Below, in pieces: positions 1-14,464 of a DNA stretch of 64,000 nucleotides (positions within the stretch are counted from its first letter, which is position 1; every line of letters starts with the position of its first letter). The DNA is from Dendrobates tinctorius. Its lineage: Eukaryota. The stretch covers positions 8,308,001-8,372,000 of the forward strand of contig NW_027361937.1 of NCBI RefSeq assembly GCF_039654945.1, given 5' to 3'. The notes under the pieces were generated by a model, which did not search any database, had not been told where the DNA came from, and saw only the letters and a list, made by a program, of their open reading frames with translations. A program made the translations under genes and the position numbers.

Positions 1-2297
1 ATGGTGCATCCATTAGATGTGCCAATTCTGGCTCTTAGCCTCTGCTCTTCCTGCTTGCTCTGGTGCATTGTCAAGTGCGGTAATTGTTTTTCTGGTTGAT
101 GTCAGCTTTGCAATGTCAGCTGACTTCAAAGCCATAGGTTAGTATTTGAGAGGCCTCTATCAGATGCCCCATTACTAACCTAGTAAGTTAAAAGAAAATA
201 ATACACATACACAGAAAAAAAAACATTTTATTTGAATAAAGACTCCCCCACACATTCCCTGGTTTACCCATTGATTAAAAAAAAATTATCCGCAGATCCA
301 ACGACATCTAAGTAGGTCCCACATCGTCCACCAATATTCTCACGGGCGATCACGTCAGAAAAGTCATCGCCCATGAACCATGATGGCGAGAATGAGACTG
401 TAGAGGTTATTATTTCTCACTGGCAATGGGGTTACACCTGAGAGAAATGACCTCCAGTAACCTCTGCAGTCTCACTGTTACAGTCCCGGCTCATAATGAT
501 TATGTAACATCAAGAGTGTGACTGCAGAGGTTATTTGAGGTTATTTCTCATGGGCGATGATGCAACATCCATGTAATAGATGCGCCATTTTTAGTGCAGC
601 TGTGGGCTGCTATTTTTACTCTTGGAGGGGGGCAGTATAAATGGCCCTTTCCAGCAAATTAATTCCACAGCTGTCTGCTTTGCGTTAGCTGGCAATTAAA
701 ATAGGGGGATCCCACATCATTTTTTTAGGCTGCCCCCTATTTTTAATAACCAGCTAAGTCAAATCAGACAGCTGCGGACTTTATATTAATAGGCTGCGAA
801 GCTGCATGGATATTGGCCCTTCTCAGTCTAAAAATGCCAGCTCACAGCTGTCTGTTTTCCTTCAACTGTGTTTAAATATTAAGGGAACTGCACGTCATTT
901 TAAAAAATATATATATACTAGTTGGCTCTTGTGAAATTTTCGCACATTGGTCATCGGGGGCACAGGCAATTTCAGAAAAAGCAAGCTGGTCAAATGTAAA
1001 TGTATTTCATGAGATGATGAACACAGACAGGTGTTTATATCTGTAGATTGGTAATACAGTAAATTGGTTTGATAAATAGAGACCAAAAAATGTCTTCCGG
1101 TTGAGGTGCCACCTGCAGGTCATTGTGTCTTTCTGCAGGTTTATGAAAATGAATGTTTAAACTGTATTTAGTGATAAAATCATGAATGTGTGGTTTGTTT
1201 GGCTCTTTTCTTGCTGAAAGGAGCAATTTTACCTTTCATATAGTCTATCAATTGTGTTTGTGGGGCGAAATAATCAGCAAAAAAGCAGTGTATGTTTACA
1301 AATGTGTTTGCATATGTGACTCACTATTTGTGTGTGTGGGGGGCGAAGTAATCACTGAAAAAGCAGTGCATATATACAAATGTGTTTGCATATGTGACTC
1401 ACCTGCAGTGAAGTGTGCAATCCTCCAATGTGCCTGAAATAGGCCATGCAAGCACTTGGGCATCTCTAGACCCCAAGGCAAATGTTTGGATTTGTTTATG
1501 ATGTCTGTAAGCAGCTTTGGGGTAATGTGCTGCCACCTGCAGGTAATTTGACCTTTCAAATGGTGTATCACTTGTTTGTGTGGGTGGATTATGAATGGAG
1601 CAAGTGTGCAATTCAATATGCAGTGCATGTTTACAAATGTGTTTGCATGTGTGCCTCACCTGCAGTGCAGTGTGCAATCCTCCAATTTGGCTAAAATAGG
1701 CTGGGCAAGTAGTTCGGCAAGCTGGAAAGCCCCCAAGGCAAATGTTTGGATTTGTTTGTGATGTCTGTAAGCAGCTTTGTGGTAGTGTGCTTTGGGGTAC
1801 TGTGGTACCACCTGCAGGTCATTTTTCCTTACTGCAGGTTTATGAAAATTAATGTTTAAACTGTATTTTGTGATCAAATTGTGGATGTGTAGTTTGTTTG
1901 GCTATTTTCTTGCTGAAGGGGGCAAGTTTACCTTTCAAATGGTGTATCATTTGTGTGTGTGGGTGGAGTATGAACGGAGATACAAAGTAATCACCGAAAA
2001 AGAGTGTTTAGAAATAATAGAATAGATTTATTTTTACTGTCTGACTGGGTTACGTGTTTCACCAGCCAATCACAGCCATGACATTACTTGACATGGCTGT
2101 GATTGAGCCAGAAGTGTCCACAGCTTAAAAGCTTGTTGATTGGCTGCACTGCAGCCTTTCAACAAACTTTTATTAGACTTCTGGACCTGAACAGGAAACC
2201 CGACATACAGTAAGTAATCTGTGTTCGGGATCCGGTACCGGTCACGAGAAGTCTGGTACGGACCCTGAATTTTCCAGTTCAGGTTCGCTTATTCCTT
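1..2297. mobile_element. Right-hand part of a non-autonomous, probably hAT-like DNA transposon with internal duplicated blocks
   Basis: Ends in ttcaggttcgcttattcctt, a degenerate version of the hAT-type terminus seen at 42003-42015. Blocks 1110-1260 ~ 1808-1975 and 1397-1545 ~ 1655-1800 are direct repeats. Left end not found in window. Confidence 0.4.
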
Positions 2298-2678
2298 CTT
2301 ACAATTGCTCATTTAGCTTTCAAACAAATTAATTTTCCTGTTATTTTCTGCTCTATGTAGCAACAGAAAGTAACTTGTCTCTTGCATTTATCATCCCCCT
2401 CTTCGCCTTTTGATGCAGCTGCTTCATGCCTCCCCCCCCCCGCTATAGACTTTTGTACTGACTCATGACTTGTGCGGAGAAAATTGACCTCCTGTTTCTA
2501 CATAGAGCTTAGAAGGATTCAGATTAAGTTTTTAATCACGTGATGCCAAAGACCTAATAGAAAACAGAAGAATTAAGTGGATAGAAGAGCAAAATGAGAA
2601 ATTTCAAATACACTGTGCTATATAATATTGTATTTGCAATATATTAGGAGGATAAAAACAATGATTGGAGTGCTTTAA

Positions 2679-3236
2679 AGGGAACCCTTTCAGGTCTCCC
2701 ATGCCCTCTAACCCAGCAGCATTCACCTATGTATGATTAAACTCTCTGCCTAACCAGCCCTGTATAATGTAATTCAGTTAAATAAATGCATTGAAAAAGC
2801 ATTTATAATGTCCCCCTTTCCAATGCTAATGAGGGCTTTGACTAGTCAATGGAGCATTAGTCAGCCCTCTTTCAATTTTATCATGCCCCTTTGGGTAAGC
2901 CTGCCTCATTGCCAGCTCATGACACTGCCGAAATGAGCGGTGCTCAAGTCCTAGATTTGCATGAGCTGGCCATGAAGCCGGCTTGTGCAAATTATGCTAT
3001 CACGCCCATAGGGGTGTGGTGACATAGAAAGAGGGCTGACAAGTCTGTGGGAACTAACGCCCCATTGACTTGTCAAAGCCCTGATAAGCATAGGAAAAGT
3101 GGATATTATAAAAAAAATTTTTAAAGCATTTATCTAACTGAATTGAGTTATACAAGACTTGCTAGCAGGCAAGTTTAATCATACATAGGTGAATACTGCT
3201 TGGTTGGAGGGCATGGGAGACCTGACAGGTTCCCTC
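2679..3236. mobile_element. Palindromic MITE, Kolobok/T2-like
   Basis: ttaa|agggaaccctttcaggtctcccatgccctc ... gagggcatgggagacctgacaggttccct|ctaa; long imperfect inverted arms, no ORF. Confidence 0.75.
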
Positions 3237-3779
3237 TAAGTCATCAGTGGACCATCAGTCATCAGTGGACTATTGGATGTCGTATGAAAAAAAAGAGGAG
3301 AAGCCGACACAGTTTAGAAAACTCTCATTTTTGATGTCCAAGGCTATGATCATACGTTGCGTTTTTGCTGCCTTTTTTTACTGCAGGCAAAATCTACTTT
3401 CTTGGCACAAAACAAGCTGCTTACAAAAAGCAGGTTTTGCTGCGTTATTTGTTGCGTATTCGCTGCATTTTTTTGCTGAATTTTCGTTGTCTCATCATGC
3501 AACTTCATTAAAGTGTTTGCACCAAAAATGCTGCACAACCTGATATCTGCATTTTTTGCACTTACTCATTGATTTCTATGTGTGAAAAAATGCTGCAAAA
3601 ACACTGAAAGTGACAAAAACGCAGCAGTTTTCCATATTAGTCAGGAACAAAAAAACAATGTGTGTGCATGAGGTTTCTGAAATCTTACAGCTTTTACTGG
3701 TACTGTAAAACACAGCTTAAAATTTGCATTAAAAAAATGCAGCAAAATGCACAGCTCCACCAACTAAAGGAAGAGACCT

Positions 3780-4895
3780 GTGGATCCAAACCATGTAGTC
3801 TAACTGCTTTGTTAAGACAGCTTGGGTTTTATAAAGAGAATATGGATTTACCGTATGTCCTAGCCGCACACCGGTTATGTTTTCGAGATCTCTGGAACGG
3901 GCCGAACGCCTTCTAGGGTTTCGATCTGTTCTAGCACCCCAGGAAGGATAGATAAGTAGAATGTCTAGTAGGAACCAGATAGCAAATTTGTGTTTATTCT
4001 CAACGAGTAGCAAGGGCCTGGCCAGATCCAATGGCGTTAAAACGGCCTCCCTAGGACCGTCAAATTAAGGAGTTATAACTAATCTTAGATTTTAGAGTTT
4101 ATAGCTGCTAGAGGCAAGAGGAGTGGATTTAGGTTCAGCCCAGAGGGCAGGAAGGGAGTGACCCAAAGGAGATGAAGGCCAGTGTAAGGCCATGTGGTCT
4201 CTCTCTGTTATGCATGCGATTAACTTCGAAAGTGGGGACCACGTCGGGTAACGTGCTGTGAAGGACTTACGAACTTCCTTGCAGCCCAACACACACGGTT
4301 GAATATCAAACCGGTAATTGATGCGATCTATCTTCTTATTGGTTTTGTACTACCACTATTTGTATTTGCATATCTGACCATATTATATGCATAATCATCA
4401 TGTATATAGTGTATTATCTAGTGTGCCCTTAAGGCAATTAACCTTGGGCTGCTATTTTATTTTCATCCACGAATCCACCCAACCGTTTCTTGGCTTAATT
4501 CTCCATGCTATCAGGACTGGTTTCTGGCCCAATATAATACTGTTAAAGGACCGGGCTTCTATAAAGTATAACGAGGATCTGGTGGCAGTCCTACCAGGCT
4601 GACCAGCCGCTGTTTCACTGGGACTAGTGAAAGGGGTCTCTTAGCCTCTCAGGGTTGTGAGTGTCACGTCAGTGACTGCGTGGGCAACATTCTCTCACTC
4701 CCTGTGCCTCCCTGGGCCCGTGTGGAAGGGGGGTGTAAAATTGTGCCAAGCCAACCTTACGTGTCCCCAAGGGGTGTGGAACATCACGTTGGTGATATTG
4801 GGGAGACCACATTATGTGATCCTTCTGTCATAATAGTGACGTGAGAAAAGGTATCGAGGTGTGGGTTCATCAAATGTGCTGGCAGAAGTGGGATT
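3780..4895 (+). mobile_element. Possible LTR remnant with PBS-like end
   Basis: tgctggcagaagtgggattc (~4875-4895) resembles a tRNA-Leu PBS (TGGTGTCAGAAGTGGGAT). Boundaries and TSD not resolved. Confidence 0.3.
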
Positions 4896-5473
4896 CTGTG
4901 TGATCTTTACGGTGTCATCATTCACAGTGTGAACATAGCCTAATAGGTCGCAATGATGAATAACAATCAAATGAACTGCAGATTATGCATTCACTCACTA
5001 CAATGACCACAGGTTATCTCATTTGATGCCATAATACAGTACATTTCTTCAAGTAAAGCATGATTGACCATTAATTGTTTCACATAATGCTAGTGGCCAT
5101 GAATTACCTCACATAATGCTGGGGTAATCATATATTAATTCTTGCACTACTACAATGGCCAGTGATGACGTCACCTTATGCTACATGGTTTGGAGTGGAT
5201 ACATGTAGCAGCTACAGGTTTCTGACTGCTTGGTTTTGCATGTAAACTACTGCATACCTACCTGCAAATTAGGTAACCACTAATGGTCAATCTAACATAC
5301 TGTATACTTACCTTGTAATATCTTCATATCCTGTTCCGTCCAGATGTGTCCAGATCCCAGAATTCCAAGCAGCGGAAGTTCACCGACCGCCATATTGGGA
5401 CACCCAAATGATTAATGTCTCAGTATGGGAACTGCTGGTGGTACCAGCCTCTTGCACGGTACCACCGTCGCAC

Positions 5474-5474
<1 letters not shown>

Positions 5475-5514
<40 letters not shown>
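5475..5514. repeat. (CA)n microsatellite inside a MITE-like GC-rich remnant
   Basis: ~20 CA units, followed by a duplicated ctgtatacgccatac motif. Confidence 0.9.
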
Positions 5515-5516
<2 letters not shown>

Positions 5517-6291
5517 TATACGCCATACACACCACACACACTCTGTATATGTCATATGCACCACACACATACTCTGTATACGCCATACGCAGCCTCTTGC
5601 GTGGTACCACCAGCAGAACACCGTCGCGAACACGCCGCCGCTGAGATCAGCCGAATGATTCACTGACCGCCGCCATCTTTGTGCAGGAGGAGCGCATGCA
5701 CAGTTTTAATGTGACCACCGCTATCTGTCTGTACAAATATGGCGGCAGTCTGATTTACTGTGCCTTCGTGAATTCCGCACGGACGCAGTGAATCATTCCA
5801 GAATCTCTCCCACCCATGTGTGCACCCACCTATCCACTCTCTTTCCCCATGTGCTGACTTCCATCTGTTGGCGTTGATATCTGCTTTTTAAAGGGTCCCA
5901 TGAACGAAAATTCATTTTAAAAATTGTCTGTGTCTGACCGTGTATGGAGAATACCACATCTCCTGGGCAGGGAAGGAAGCAAAAGACAATATTGACATTA
6001 CAGCAGGGGATCACAGAGGATTCATTTTGTGAGGTAAAATATTTCACTGACTGTTTTTAAACAATATTTTACCTCACAAAATGTAGAGGTAAAAATGTAG
6101 AGATTCTCAATGCTGCAAAGCCTCCCCACATCGTGACATTACCGCCCTCCCGATGCGATAGCATTGGGCCTCTATCTAGTTTAAATAAAAATACAATTGA
6201 CATATTTGTTTGTTGTTCAGTACCATACTAGTGACTAATACCATTGATCATCTTATTACAATGGTACCTATCAAAGGATGGGGTATATTAA

Positions 6292-6681
6292 GGGTCCTGT
6301 TACATTTAGCGATGCACCAGTGATCCCGACAACGATACGACCTGGTAAGGATCGCTTGTGCATCGCTAAATGGTCGCTAGTGAGCTGCCAAACAGGCCGA
6401 TCTCACCAGTGACGCAGCAGCAATAAGCGATCTTACCTGTCACACCGCAGCGATGATGACTACTTCCACCTACGTCCATGCGTCGCTAGTCGGCTCCAGC
6501 GGGACGCCAATGATGAAAAAATGGCCCAGGCTGTTCCAGCGTGATCAGAGATACCCAGCGGGGGGCCTGTCGCAGGTACGTGTCACACAAAGCGAGATCG
6601 CTAGCGATGTCGCTGTTGCGTCATGAAATTGGTGACGCTTTAGCGATATCGTTAGCGATCTCGCTATGTGTGAAAGGCCCT
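6292..6681. mobile_element. PIF/Harbinger-like MITE, CpG-rich family (copy 1 of 3)
   Basis: TAA flanks, short TIRs, many ATCGCTAGCGAT-type motifs; homologous to 31315-31708 and 60499-60977. Confidence 0.7.
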
Positions 6682-8242
6682 TAAGACTGCAACTGAACTC
6701 TCAGTACATGTAAATTATGTGTTCTAAGCAGGAAAAAGCAGGACGCATCTGAGTGGCTTTGATAAGAGACACATTGTGTTTAGGTTTGATTGAAAAGCTT
6801 CGGATAAGAGCTTTTCCGAATAGCTATAGCGCTTACCGAATAGGTAAATTGGGAACCCTGATATCTGGAGCGCTCCCGATGATCAACTGTTCGGCTCCGT
6901 AGCTGTATGTGTCGCGGCTGTGTGACAGTCACAACACATGCATGGAGAGCCTGTTTGTTTGATTACTAGGTAAATAAATAGGGATATTATTATTTTACCC
7001 ATTTTTAATGTATTATATTATTTATTATTTTATTTTTACACCTTATTTAATTTTAAGAATATTATTTTCTGATTATGCTAGATTAGATACCCCAAAAAAC
7101 ATATTTATCGTAAGATGCATGATTCCGCAGATGTCTCGCAGCAGGGATAGAGATGAACAGTGAATCTGACCTACTTTCATTTTCCTGAAGCAGTAAATAT
7201 AATTAAAATAGTTCCTTAACCCTATTATTAATAGTGTGTGAGTCTAGTTTGGCTGGTGTACCATGCAATGGATGTCATGCTGGATCACAGGATGTCTAGA
7301 GAATATTACTGTTCTTATCGAGTTTCTGCAGCTGGCGCTGGAGGTCTGACAAGATCACAGATAGCAGAAAGCCGTTAGCAGGACAGATTATAGAACGGAA
7401 ATAGAAGGACGTTGTGTGTGCATTAAAAATGAAGAATACTCGCTACACATAGCTAAAGAAGTTTACCATGAAGCCAACTCCCACTGTGTGCTTATGTATT
7501 CCCTCCTTGGTAGTACATATATATATAGAGAGATGGTTAGGTTTGTAGTGGCAACTATCAGGTCATTAAATGGATTGTCTTATAAACAACTTTTAGCACC
7601 TGAGTACAGTATAGATGATAAATGTATAATCACTAGGGGTTTAGCTCCTAATAACTGCACCGATCCTGATAATAAAAGCTCTAAGTCCCATGTGTGAATG
7701 GAGCAGTAGTGTGCATGTGAGACCACCAATCCTACAGAAGATAGTGAATGAAGAAGTGGTCACAAATATACACTTCAACTGCAATGACACAAGGGTTTTT
7801 AAGACCTCATTGTTGAGATTGTGGAAGTCACAAAAGTTGTCCCCCAGCCAGGAGCAATTGTAGCTTTTTTGCTACATGAGCCGAAAATTGAAATGGGACC
7901 CTTCTTCACAATGCAATTTAAATCTGTAGTGCATAAACACAATTATGTCATTGTTTCTTGAGTTTTGTTTTACAGTAGTCATTCAGTATTATTTAATCAC
8001 CATAGGGGTTTCAAATGTGCTATCGTCCAATTGCTTAATCTATAAACCACAGTATTGCAGTATGTAGAACAAATCCGTGTATCCTATGAAGGAATACAGT
8101 ACCAAGGCCATGATCAGTAAAGGAATACAGCATCAGAACCATCAACAGTACATGAATACAGTACTATAACCACTATCAGTACAGGAGTAAAACACCAGAA
8201 TCAACAACAGTATATGAATACAGGACCTGAAACACCAGCAGT

Positions 8243-8954
8243 TGTAGCGCCCACACCCACCTCTGCCTGCAGTCCCTCGCTCCTTGCAGAGACATCAGCG
8301 TACTCACCGCCAAGGCTCCTGTCCTGCTCCTTCCGGGTCTGCTGCTGCCCAGGGTGGAAACACTGTTAGCAGGTCTCCAGGCTCTGTGCTTAGAGAACGT
8401 GCGCACACCCTTCCTTTTTCATAAAGGGTTCCTCTAAAGTGTCCACAGCCCATTGCTGGTGGTCTCATTCTATTTAAACCGCCTCCTCCAACATGGAGGT
8501 GACTGTGCAATGTTGTGAGTTTGTTCCTAATACGCTTGTCAGTTCTCAGGTCCCTGTATTTGTATCAGAGTCTGCTGCATCTGCCAGTGCTCACCTCAAT
8601 GGCAGCAGAGCCAGTTGCACCAGCCAATGCTCACCTCAACGGCAGCAGAGCCAGCTGAACCCGCCAGTGCTCATCTCTCCGTTTGACTGTCCTGTCTGCA
8701 CCTCTGATTCCAGTCATGTTCTCTACCTCTCTGCATCTGTTGAACATTCCCCCGGGCTATTCCAGCTATCCACTGCTAGAGGTCAGCTGCCATCTAACCA
8801 AGGTCATTCCTGGACACCCTCCCTTGTCTCTCCATGGACTGCGGTGTCGTTAGCTGCTGCGTGTCCGTGGTCAGATTGGGTGAGGCTCCTAGTCACGCAC
8901 CTCCATGTCTTCCTTGGGCTTTGGCACAGTGGTTCCACCACCCAGGCCATTGCA
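8243..8954. mobile_element. Solo LTR, 712 bp
   Basis: TG...CA termini (tgtagcg ... cattgca), 5-bp TSD gcagt at 8238-8242 and 8955-8959. It interrupts a cagcaccagaacc-type repeat array that recurs at 54110-54330 and 55510-55640. Confidence 0.75.
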
Positions 8955-11203
8955 GCAGTACAGAAACACTGCACCAGAACCACTGTTTGTACATAAAAAC
9001 ATCACAAGAACCATCGTGATATGTGATACAGCATCAGAACCACCATCAATACAGGAACACCACACCAGAACCATTGTCAGTACATAACCACGTTACCAGA
9101 ACCACAATCATTAGTATTTGAATAAAGCACCAGAATCATAAATCAGTACATGGATACATCAGGACCTCTATTAGTACATGAATGCAACACTAGCACCAAT
9201 ATAAGTACATGAATAAAGTTCCAAGCTCAGTACAGCCATCAATAGCAATGTTAGGTCACAAAATACAGTGACATCACAAGAACCTATAACTCCTAGTATG
9301 TCTTTAACAATAATATGGAGATCCTAGGAGTTGTTGCCAGTCATCATCAAACTACAGACCATACCACGACAGTACTGATTAGACTCAGACAGTATCACAA
9401 ATATAAATTTACAACCAGGTACTTTACTGGTGATCTCTTCTTTGATTGGTGCTGTTCCAATCTCTGGTCTTCATTTGGTACAGACCCCATGATGGCTTTA
9501 GACATCCACAGCTCGTCTCTGCAAACTTCCTTATTTCTATTCTTATTCATGCTATCCTGACGTAATGGCTTGAAAAATAATAGCGTAATTATAATGGTAC
9601 TTTAATAAAACTAATAAAAATATCTGCCCATGCTGTGCCCCTGAATAATAATTACCATGCACTGTGTTGCACAAAATATTGTTCCCTCTTTGTCTCTCTT
9701 ATGGTTTCTAACCTCCACACTGTCCTCATCTATAAAATACAGTCTCCACACCATCTGCCCTTACGAACCATAGCACATCACACCTTGTGAACTATAACCT
9801 CCACTCCATGCCCCCTTATGAACTATTACCACCAAGATGTGTCTACTTCATGCTGTCATCTCCCCACTGTTTCAGTCTAGGCTGTCCCTATCTCCACACT
9901 GCCTTTATGCTACCCACTCCAGTCTGGCCTCATCTTAAATGTGTATCCCTCTCTTTACTGCCCCTCTTTCTACTGCCCCATCTCTACAATCTCTATTCTT
10001 GGCAGCCACCTGTATACAATTTGATGGCTCCCATAGCCCTTCATACGTAGCATGATGGCCCGAAAGCTCCTTAACACAATATGATGGCTCCACTGCCCCC
10101 ACGGACAATATAATGGTGACCTTAGCCCCCTATACACAGTATGATGTCCCCATATAACTACTATACACAATGTGATACTTCACAGTTTCTTTGTACACAG
10201 TATGAATTTTTACAGTCTCTCTATACAAAGTATGATGTCCTGATAGCCCCCATAAACAGCATTGGGTTTCTGAATTGATTACACTGAGGTTATCAAGTAG
10301 TGGACAACCCCTTTAAATGAGACTGGAATAAAAGCTGATAAGGTGTCTGGTTATTATAAGGCTAGTGTTATATAGTGACACCTGATCACTTGTGCATTGC
10401 AGTAAAATGTCAGCATGATCTCAATGCCAAGACCAACAAGGATAAGATCACCGTAACCTTTCAGTCGTCACAAAAAAATTACTTTATGGTTGGAAATTCT
10501 CCTGAAATTCCTTATAGAGACAGTGGGGATAGAGTAAAACATGTATGTCACAACTTAAGAGCAACGAAGAGGTGCCGTGTATCGCTAAGCTTGTGGATCT
10601 GCCACCTCAACTCCCACCCATCATCATTGATTGACAGCCACAACGAAGAGGGAGGCAGTACCAGCATCTTCTTCATGTAAGCAGTCAATTTACAAGTATG
10701 ACTCTCAAGAAGGGGGGACTTGTTTGGGATTAAACCACTGATGACTAATCCAATAGGTTGTCAATATGAGATCAGTGGGATTCCGACACCCAGAACCCCC
10801 ACCAATCAGCTGATATCTGCATTGGCAATGACTAGATATAAGCAGCTCCGTACATGGGTAATTGCTGAGCACTGCACACAGTATTTCTATAAGGCGCCTT
10901 GTATGGCTACAGAGACACAAAATTAGGTGAGAACTATATTGCACATTATTTGGACACTGTGCAGTGGAATTATTTGAATACTGGTTTGATGCCAATAAGC
11001 ATTGTACAGTATGATTATAACATGTCGTTAGGACACTGTATTGTCTAGATGCTGGATGTTCAATATGTAGAGTTTAGTCACACTATAATGTATTATTTAG
11101 GTAAAGTATGGCACATTATTTGGCCATCATATTGTTTGTGTAAAGTATGGAACAATGTTTGGGTGCTTAAAGGGAATCTGTCAGTAGGACCAATCCTCTT
11201 AAC

Positions 11204-11204
<1 letters not shown>

Positions 11205-11246
<42 letters not shown>

Positions 11247-11911
11247 TATTTATATAGCACCATTGATTCCATGGTGTTGTACATGAGAAGGGGTAGCATC
11301 AAAAGTACAGATATCACTTACAGTAAACAAACTAACAATCACAGACTGATACAGAGGGGAGAGAGGACCCTGCCCTTTCGGGCTTACATTCTACAGGATG
11401 GTGGGGAAGGAGACAGTAGGTTGGGGGCTTGCATCTCTAGTGATGGTGAGGCGGTAACTCCAGTAGTGGTGAGTAGGCAGCGGGGATCATTGCAGGCTGT
11501 AAGCTTTCCTGAAGAGATGGGTTTTCAGGTTCCGTCTGAATTATCCGATTGGGTCGATAGTCGGACGTGTTGGGGCAAAGAATTCCAGAGGATGGGGGTT
11601 ATTCGGGAGAAGTCTTGGAGGCGGTTGGGTGAGGAGCGAATAAGTGTGGAGGAGAGAAGGAGGTCTTGAGAGAACCGGAGATTACGTTAGGGAAGATATC
11701 AGGAGATTAGTTCAGAGATCTATGGCAGAGACAGGTTATAGATGGCCTTGTATGTCAGTATTAGTAATTTGAATTGGATACGCTGAGGGAATGGGAGCCA
11801 GTGAAGAGATTTGCAGAGAGGAGAAGCGGAGGAGTAGCGAGGAGAGAGATGAATTAGTCGGGCGTCAGAGTTAAGGATGGACTGGAGAGGTGCGAGGGTG
11901 TTAGCAGGGAG
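11205..11911 (-). mobile_element. L2 LINE 3' end with (AAT)n tail
   Basis: (att)n at 11205-11246, then an L2-type 3' UTR and C-terminal ORF2 sequence (..PANTLAPLQSILNS..); cut at 11911 by the hAT. Confidence 0.75.
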
Positions 11912-12476
11912 TAGAGATGAGCGACTTTGCCTTTTTTATGGTCGAGTCGGGTTTCATGAAACCCGACTTTCTCAAAAGTCGGGTCGAACGAAATCGGCCG
12001 ACTATAGGGAAAAGTCGGAGACCGACTGAAACACGAAACCGAATGCAAGTCTATGGGGAAGCAAAGTCGGCAGGGAGTGGAGGACAGTAAACACACCTAA
12101 AGTGCCCATTTCAATGCCAAAACCATCAATTCTTTTTACTGAAGCTTGTCAACCTTAATTTACTTCATAATAATAGTTACGCATTGAAAACTGGGGGGTT
12201 ATTTGGCTAAAGTTGTGGGGGGTAGGGCTAGCTCCAGGTTTTCGTGTGCCCTGGGCCAAAGAGTGTCAGTGCACCCCTTTAACACATACCACAACTCATG
12301 ATGCTCCGATACGGCACAGAAATATAAGTATAGTACAATGACAAATACTTCACAGCTTACATGACAAGACTGATCTATTTTAAATTGTATAATAGCTCAA
12401 AAAAGGACAGTATATTACTCCATAAAGTATTATGGCCACCAAATTGTGCGCCATACAGAAAAATGAGCCCCATATA

Positions 12477-13697
12477 CACTCACTGGCCACTTTATTAGGT
12501 ACACCATGCTAGTAACGGGTTGGACCCCCTTTTGCCTTCAGAACTGCCTCAATTCTTCGTGGCAGAGATTCAACAAGGTGCTGGAAGCATTCCTCAGAGA
12601 TTTTGGACCATATTGACATGATGGCATCACACAGTTGGCGCAGATTTGTCGGCTGCACATCCCTGATGCGAATCTCCTGTTCCACCACATCCCAAAGATG
12701 CTCTATTGGATTGAGATCTGGTGACTGAGGAGGCCATTTGAGTACAGTGAACTCATTGTCATGTTCAAGAAACCAATCTGAGATGATTCGAGCTTTATGA
12801 CATGGCGCATTATCCTGCTGAAAGTAGCCATCAGATGTTGGGTACATTGTGGTCATAAAGGGATGGACATGGTCAGCAACAATACTCAGGTAGGCTGTGG
12901 CGTTGCAACGATGCTCAATTGGTACCAAGGGGCCCAAAGAGTGCCAAGAAAAAATTCCCCACACCATGACACCACCACCACCAGCCTGAACCGTTGATAC
13001 AAGGCAGGATGGATCCATGCTTTCATGTTGTTTACGCCAAATTCTGACCCTACCATCCGAATGTCGCAGCAGAAATCGAGACTCATCAGACCAGGCAACG
13101 TTTTTCCAATCTTCTACTGTCCAATTTCGATGAGCTTGTGCAAATTGTAGCCTCAGTTTCCTGTTCTTAGCTGAGAGGAGTGGTACCCAGTGTGGTCTTC
13201 TGCTGCTGTAGCCCATCTGCCTCAAAGTTCGACGCACTGTGCGTTCAGAGATGCTCTTCTGCCTACCTTGGTTGTAACGGGTGGCAATTTGAGTCACTGT
13301 TGCCTTTCTATCAGCTCGAACCAGTCTGCCCATTCTCCTCTGACCTCTGGCATCAACAAGGCATTTCCGGCCACAGAACTGCCGCTCACTGGATTTTTTT
13401 TCTTTTTCGGACCATTCTCTGTAAACCCTAGAGATGGTTGTGCGTGAAAATCCCAGTAGATCAGCAGTTTCTGAAATACTCAGACCAGCCCTTCTGGCAC
13501 CAACAATCATGCCATGTTCAAAGGCACTCAAATCACCTTTCTTCCCCATACTGATGCTCGGTTTGAACTGCAGGAGATTGTCTTGACCATGTCTACATGC
13601 CTAAATGCACTGAGTTGCCGCCATGTGATTGGCTGATTAGAAATTAAGTCTTAACACACAGTTGGACAGGTGTACCTAATAAAGTGGCCAGTGAGTG
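12477..13697 (-). mobile_element. Intact Tc1-superfamily transposon, DD36E (Incomer-type), 1221 bp
   Basis: Perfect 29-bp TIRs (cactcactggccactttattaggtacacc), TA on both sides, single 346-aa ORF. Confidence 0.93.
12509..13549 (-). CDS. DD36E Tc1-like transposase, 346 aa, uninterrupted
   Basis: N-terminal HTH region, [14 protein letters not shown], then 36 residues to E in SPDLNPIE. Confidence 0.93.
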   Translation of the reverse strand: MGKKGDLSAFEHGMIVGARRAGLSISETADLLGFSRTTISRVYREWSEKEKKSSERQFCGRKCLVDARGQRRMGRLVRADRKATVTQIATRYNQGRQKSISERTVRRTLRQMGYSSRRPHWVPLLSAKNRKLRLQFAQAHRNWTVEDWKNVAWSDESRFLLRHSDGRVRIWRKQHESMDPSCLVSTVQAGGGGVMVWGIFSWHSLGPLVPIEHRCNATAYLSIVADHVHPFMTTMYPTSDGYFQQDNAPCHKARIISDWFLEHDNEFTVLKWPPQSPDLNPIEHLWDVVEQEIRIRDVQPTNLRQLCDAIMSIWSKISEECFQHLVESLPRRIEAVLKAKGGPTRY

Positions 13698-13759
13698 TAT
13701 TTCTACATACAGAATAATTCGCCACATATAATGTTCCATACAGTATATGATGAGCTCCA

Positions 13760-14460
13760 CATAATGCTATAGTATATTATGGTCCCCATGGACGATGCTC
13801 TAGTGTGTTATGGGCCCAAATAATGCTCCACATATAATGGGCTCCATTTCTAATGCTCCAGTGTATAATGGGTCCCATAAATGCTGCTCCAGTGTCTGAT
13901 GACCCCAATCTGGAATGCTCCAGAATATGATGGGCCTCATGGATGATGCTCCAGTGTCTTATGGGCCCTAATAATGCTCCATATATAATGAGCCTTATTT
14001 CTAATGCTCCAGTGTATAAAGGGCCCCATAAATGCTGCTCCAGTGTCTGATGTCCCCCATTTGGAATGCTCCAGTATATGATGGGCCTCATGGATGATGC
14101 TCCAGTGTATGATGGGCCCTAATAATGCTCCATATATAATGGGCCCCATTTCTAATGCTCCAGTGTATCATGTGCCCCATAGATGCTGCTCCAGTGTCTG
14201 ATCTGCCCCATTCGGAATGCTCCAGTATATGATGGGCCTCATGGATGATGCTCCAGGGTCTTATGGGCCCTAATAATGCTCCATATATAATGGGCCCCAT
14301 TTCTAATGCTCAAGTGTATCATGTGCCCCATAGATGCTGCTCCAGTGTCTGATCTGCCCCATTTTGAATGCTCCAGTATATGATGGACCTCATGGATGAT
14401 GCTCCAGTGTCAGATGTCCCCCATTTTGAATGCTCCAGTATATGATGGGCTCCATTTTTA
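13760..14460. repeat. hAT-internal minisatellite: ~30-bp atgctccagt subunits in a ~151-bp higher-order unit
   Basis: Repeats of atgctccagt..atgggcc; ORF-track peptides recur with a 151-bp offset; a shorter version lies at ~35090-35300. Confidence 0.85.
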
Positions 14461-14464
14461 ATTA

